Positions 34,789 to 36,820 of a DNA stretch of 36,820 bases are shown here, in pieces (the stretch's first letter is position 1; each line of letters starts with the position of its first letter). The position numbers and the translations under genes were made by a program. The DNA comes from Candidatus Azotimanducaceae bacterium (GTDB taxonomy: Bacteria > Patescibacteriota > Minisyncoccia > Phycocordibacterales > UBA918): positions 1 through 36,820 of the forward strand of contig JBLHGD010000002.1 in the NCBI GenBank assembly GCA_047616585.1. The letters run 5' to 3'. The notes beneath the pieces were generated by a model, which ran no database searches, had not been told where the DNA came from, and saw only the letters and a list, made by a program, of their open reading frames with translations.

Positions 34789-34872
34789 GAGGCGTGCGAA
34801 GAAATCATGAGGAGCCGTACTTGGGGTACGGTGACGATTGATTTGCTGAAGCACAACGAAGTCAAGTGCCTC
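34789..34872. other. Structured element B (homologous to 27402-27469)
   Basis: Long imperfect hairpin GAGGC-GTGC-AAATCA-GCCGTAC-loop-GTACGGT-TGATTT-GCAC-GCCTC. AACGAAG lies at 34855-34861. The element abuts the nusB-NUDIX stop codon. Confidence 0.6.
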
Positions 34873-35767
34873 ATTTTTTAGACACCAACATTGTGACGGC
34901 TTTGGTAACGATAGGCAGGATATCTTCATAGAAATTCAACTCCAATATCTCCGCCACCTTAAACCACTGTGCGTCATCAAGCCCGCCTTTCTTTTCAAGT
35001 GTCAGATCTTTGTATTCTGCTTTACCAAGAAAGTACGTCACTTGTTTACGATGCTTGCCGATCTCTGGCTTTGAAGCAACGTATTCATTTTTCCCGAGCT
35101 CTGCTTCGATAACCATATCCAATCCCATCTCCTCTTTGATCTCTCGCAGTGCTCCATCCTTGACCTCTTCTCCTTCTTCAATTTTTCCTTTGGATAGTGT
35201 CCAGTGTCCAAAAATATCGTGCACTAAGGCCAGATAGATATCTCCATCGCTCTCAGCGTACACCACAGCTCCAGAGAGGCGCAAAATTGGCATCTCGTCG
35301 TATGGAACATCTTTGCTTTTTCGTTTACTTGTCTCATTCTTGCCTGGTTCACCGATCTCTTTATAGACAGCACCCAACACACCGTTTACAAACCGGCTGC
35401 TGTTATCTCCTCCAAATTGTTTTGCCAACTCGATTGCCTCGTTGATAGCAACCTTCGCCGGCACTTCGCCGCGATCAGAAAATAATAGCTCGTACAAACC
35501 AAGCCGTAGAATATTTCGATCAACTGGAGAGATGCGATCAATTGGCCACTCGGGCGCTGCCTTTTCAATAACTAAATCAAGTTCACTTTGTTTTTGTAAA
35601 ATGCCGTCAAGGAGCTTACTCATAAACGGAAGATCCGTTTTGTTTGGAGCAAACTCTGCCACGTTGCGATCTAACACTTCTGCTACTTCTTTTTTGTCGA
35701 CACCATTCAAATCCCACTCAAAGAGTGATTGAAGTACTATCGATCTGCTAAGATGCCTATTTGCCAT
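34871..35767 (-). CDS. nusB: NusB antitermination factor fused to a C-terminal NUDIX hydrolase domain
   Basis: Residues 1-135 are NusB-like (SRSIVLQSLFEWD..., DRNILRLGLYELLF, AINEAIELAKQFGGDNSSRFVNGVLG). Residues about 165-298 carry the Nudix box GKIEEGEEVKDGALREIKEEMG. Confidence 0.85.
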   Translation of the reverse strand: MANRHLSRSIVLQSLFEWDLNGVDKKEVAEVLDRNVAEFAPNKTDLPFMSKLLDGILQKQSELDLVIEKAAPEWPIDRISPVDRNILRLGLYELLFSDRGEVPAKVAINEAIELAKQFGGDNSSRFVNGVLGAVYKEIGEPGKNETSKRKSKDVPYDEMPILRLSGAVVYAESDGDIYLALVHDIFGHWTLSKGKIEEGEEVKDGALREIKEEMGLDMVIEAELGKNEYVASKPEIGKHRKQVTYFLGKAEYKDLTLEKKGGLDDAQWFKVAEILELNFYEDILPIVTKAVTMLVSKK

Positions 35768-35838
35768 GAAAATAATGAACTAACTAATCTGTATATATAG
35801 TACCACAGCCAAAATAGCTACATAAAGGTTTATAATCC

Positions 35839-35866
35839 ACAAACTCTCGCATCAGCGAGAGTTTGT
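35839..35866 (-). terminator. Hairpin after rpmF
   Basis: ACAAACTCTCGC-ATCA-GCGAGAGTTTGT, a 12-bp stem 4 nt from the rpmF stop. Confidence 0.6.
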
Positions 35867-35870
35867 TGCA

Positions 35871-36191
35871 TTATTTATCGTCCTTCTTTGTATCCTCTTG
35901 AGTTTCTTCTGGTGCCTTGTCTGCTACTGCCTCTGGTTCGTCTGGATTAACGTCTCCATTTTGAGACTTGATAGCTTCACGCTTTGCGCTCATCCGTTCC
36001 TCTCGTGCCTTCTTCTTAGACGCGAGGTCCATAACCTGTCGGCCCTTATAGAAACCACAGTCAAGACACATGTGATGTGGGCGGTGTGACGCGCCACAGT
36101 TAGCACACGTCGCTAGTTCTGGCGCAGTTAGCGCGTGATGTGATCGCCGGTTCTTTGTATGAGCCCGCGTATGTCGCATTCGAATTACCAT
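35871..36191 (-). CDS. rpmF: 50S ribosomal protein L32 with a long acidic C-terminal extension
   Basis: [21 protein letters not shown]...[25 protein letters not shown] matches zinc-ribbon L32. A tail of about 50 aa follows. Confidence 0.9.
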   Translation of the reverse strand: MVIRMRHTRAHTKNRRSHHALTAPELATCANCGASHRPHHMCLDCGFYKGRQVMDLASKKKAREERMSAKREAIKSQNGDVNPDEPEAVADKAPEETQEDTKKDDK

Positions 36192-36232
36192 ATGTGCGCA
36201 GAACTATAGCAAATATCCCCAAAAAAGCAATA

Positions 36233-36273
36233 GAAACGGGTCCAAAACAGCAAAACTGTTTTGGACCCGTTTC
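36233..36273 (-). terminator. Rho-independent terminator upstream of rpmF
   Basis: 18-bp stem GAAACGGGTCCAAAACAG / CTGTTTTGGACCCGTTTC with a 5-nt loop. On the minus strand it is followed by TATTGCTTTTTT. Confidence 0.8.
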
Positions 36274-36820
36274 CACACCACTCATTTACAATATAAAAAG
36301 ATCGATATCATGTGCCCCAATAGCCTGATTCGACCCGTGCCATAAACGGCATGTGCCACACATTTTGTATGGTCTTCTTCTGGGGGCCGGCCACTGACTG
36401 TGACATCGGCTCCCCCCTTATATCCTTTTCTCTAGCAACGGCTATTCTGCCACTTCGCTTGGTTCTGGCTGTCTTATTTGCATATTCTTCTTACGCTTAC
36501 CATCCCACTCACTCATGGAAGGGCAAAACGTAAGTCTGGGCATACCCAATGCAAAGACCCGATCCACGCGACAGTGTCCATTTTTACCCCTCAACCAAGC
36601 GACCACCTGACAAAAGACTTGATCTGTGCCGGCAATATCAGGATTAAGGTTTCTCAGACACCCTCTGCACAAATCACAACCAAGTTCACTCGTACTCTTA
36701 TTTTTTTTCTTCTTCAAAACAAACCCCTTATTTTTCGCTCCCTACTGGTGTACCAACTGTCTATCCAACTGGATCTAAATACCCTACAACAGATTCACAT
36801 TTTTGCAATAGCTTTGTCTG

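Noticed and set aside
35832-35840. TAATCCACA, one mismatch from a DnaA box.
   Set aside because: It is a single isolated near-match inside the rpmF terminator region, with no clustering.
36100-36533. Small ORFs at 36100-36285 (-), 36140-36328 (+) and 36351-36533 (+).
   Set aside because: They overlap rpmF or its terminator hairpin, or they lack start signals. Their composition is not protein-like.
36274-36760. Tested by eye for tmRNA, RNase P RNA, SRP RNA and a cobalamin riboswitch (GCCACTG at about 36390).
   Set aside because: I found no GGGG...GGATTCGAC 5' end or T-arm/CCA 3' end, no GAGGAAAGTCC or ACAGAA..GGCTTA, and no GGTCCGGAAGGAAGCAGCC. The other cobalamin-box elements are missing. 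Only a covariance-model scan could settle this.

Overview
This 36.8-kb window is a gene-dense, mostly housekeeping chromosomal segment read with the standard code (TGA, TAA and TAG all serve as stops). I found no rRNA gene, tRNA gene, CRISPR array or transposase.

Genes I recognise:
- Translation and RNA processing: hisS, trmD, rpsP, rpmF, a KhpA-like KH protein, RNase R, RNase III.
- Transcription and replication: rpoD, dnaG, rpoB, rpoC, a NusB-NUDIX fusion, a UvrD-type helicase fused to a PD-(D/E)XK nuclease, a short SMC-like ATPase.
- Envelope and transport: uppP, a DsbA-like oxidoreductase, lepB, a type IV pilin-like protein, an ArsB/NhaD-type permease, a DUF4870-like membrane protein.
- Others: an RHH/RelE-family toxin-antitoxin pair, a DEDD exonuclease, a CBS-pair protein, folD, two tandem NUDIX hydrolases, a P-loop kinase-like protein.

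Several traits suggest a small-genome uncultivated bacterium, possibly CPR/Patescibacteria-like. These are domain fusions, low-complexity tails on sigma-70, S16, L32 and KhpA, a short SMC, and weak Shine-Dalgarno signals. This origin is inference only.

The most unusual feature is a family of eleven 16-bp inverted-repeat boxes, ATATCAT-NN-ATGATAT, with invariant arms.
- Eight boxes bracket a small TrpR/YerC-like helix-turn-helix gene in an island between dnaG and lepB (about 13.6-15.05 kb).
- Three more sit at the window start, upstream of hisS, in a context homologous to the downstream flank of that gene.

Other leads:
- A conserved structured element just 3' of two minus-strand genes.
- Long structured non-coding regions flanking rpoBC.
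- A 54-bp palindrome between rpsP and rnr.
- A TAG-rich tract upstream of rnc.
- A DnaG that lacks three of its four zinc ligands.
- An unexplained non-coding block of about 490 nt upstream of rpmF.
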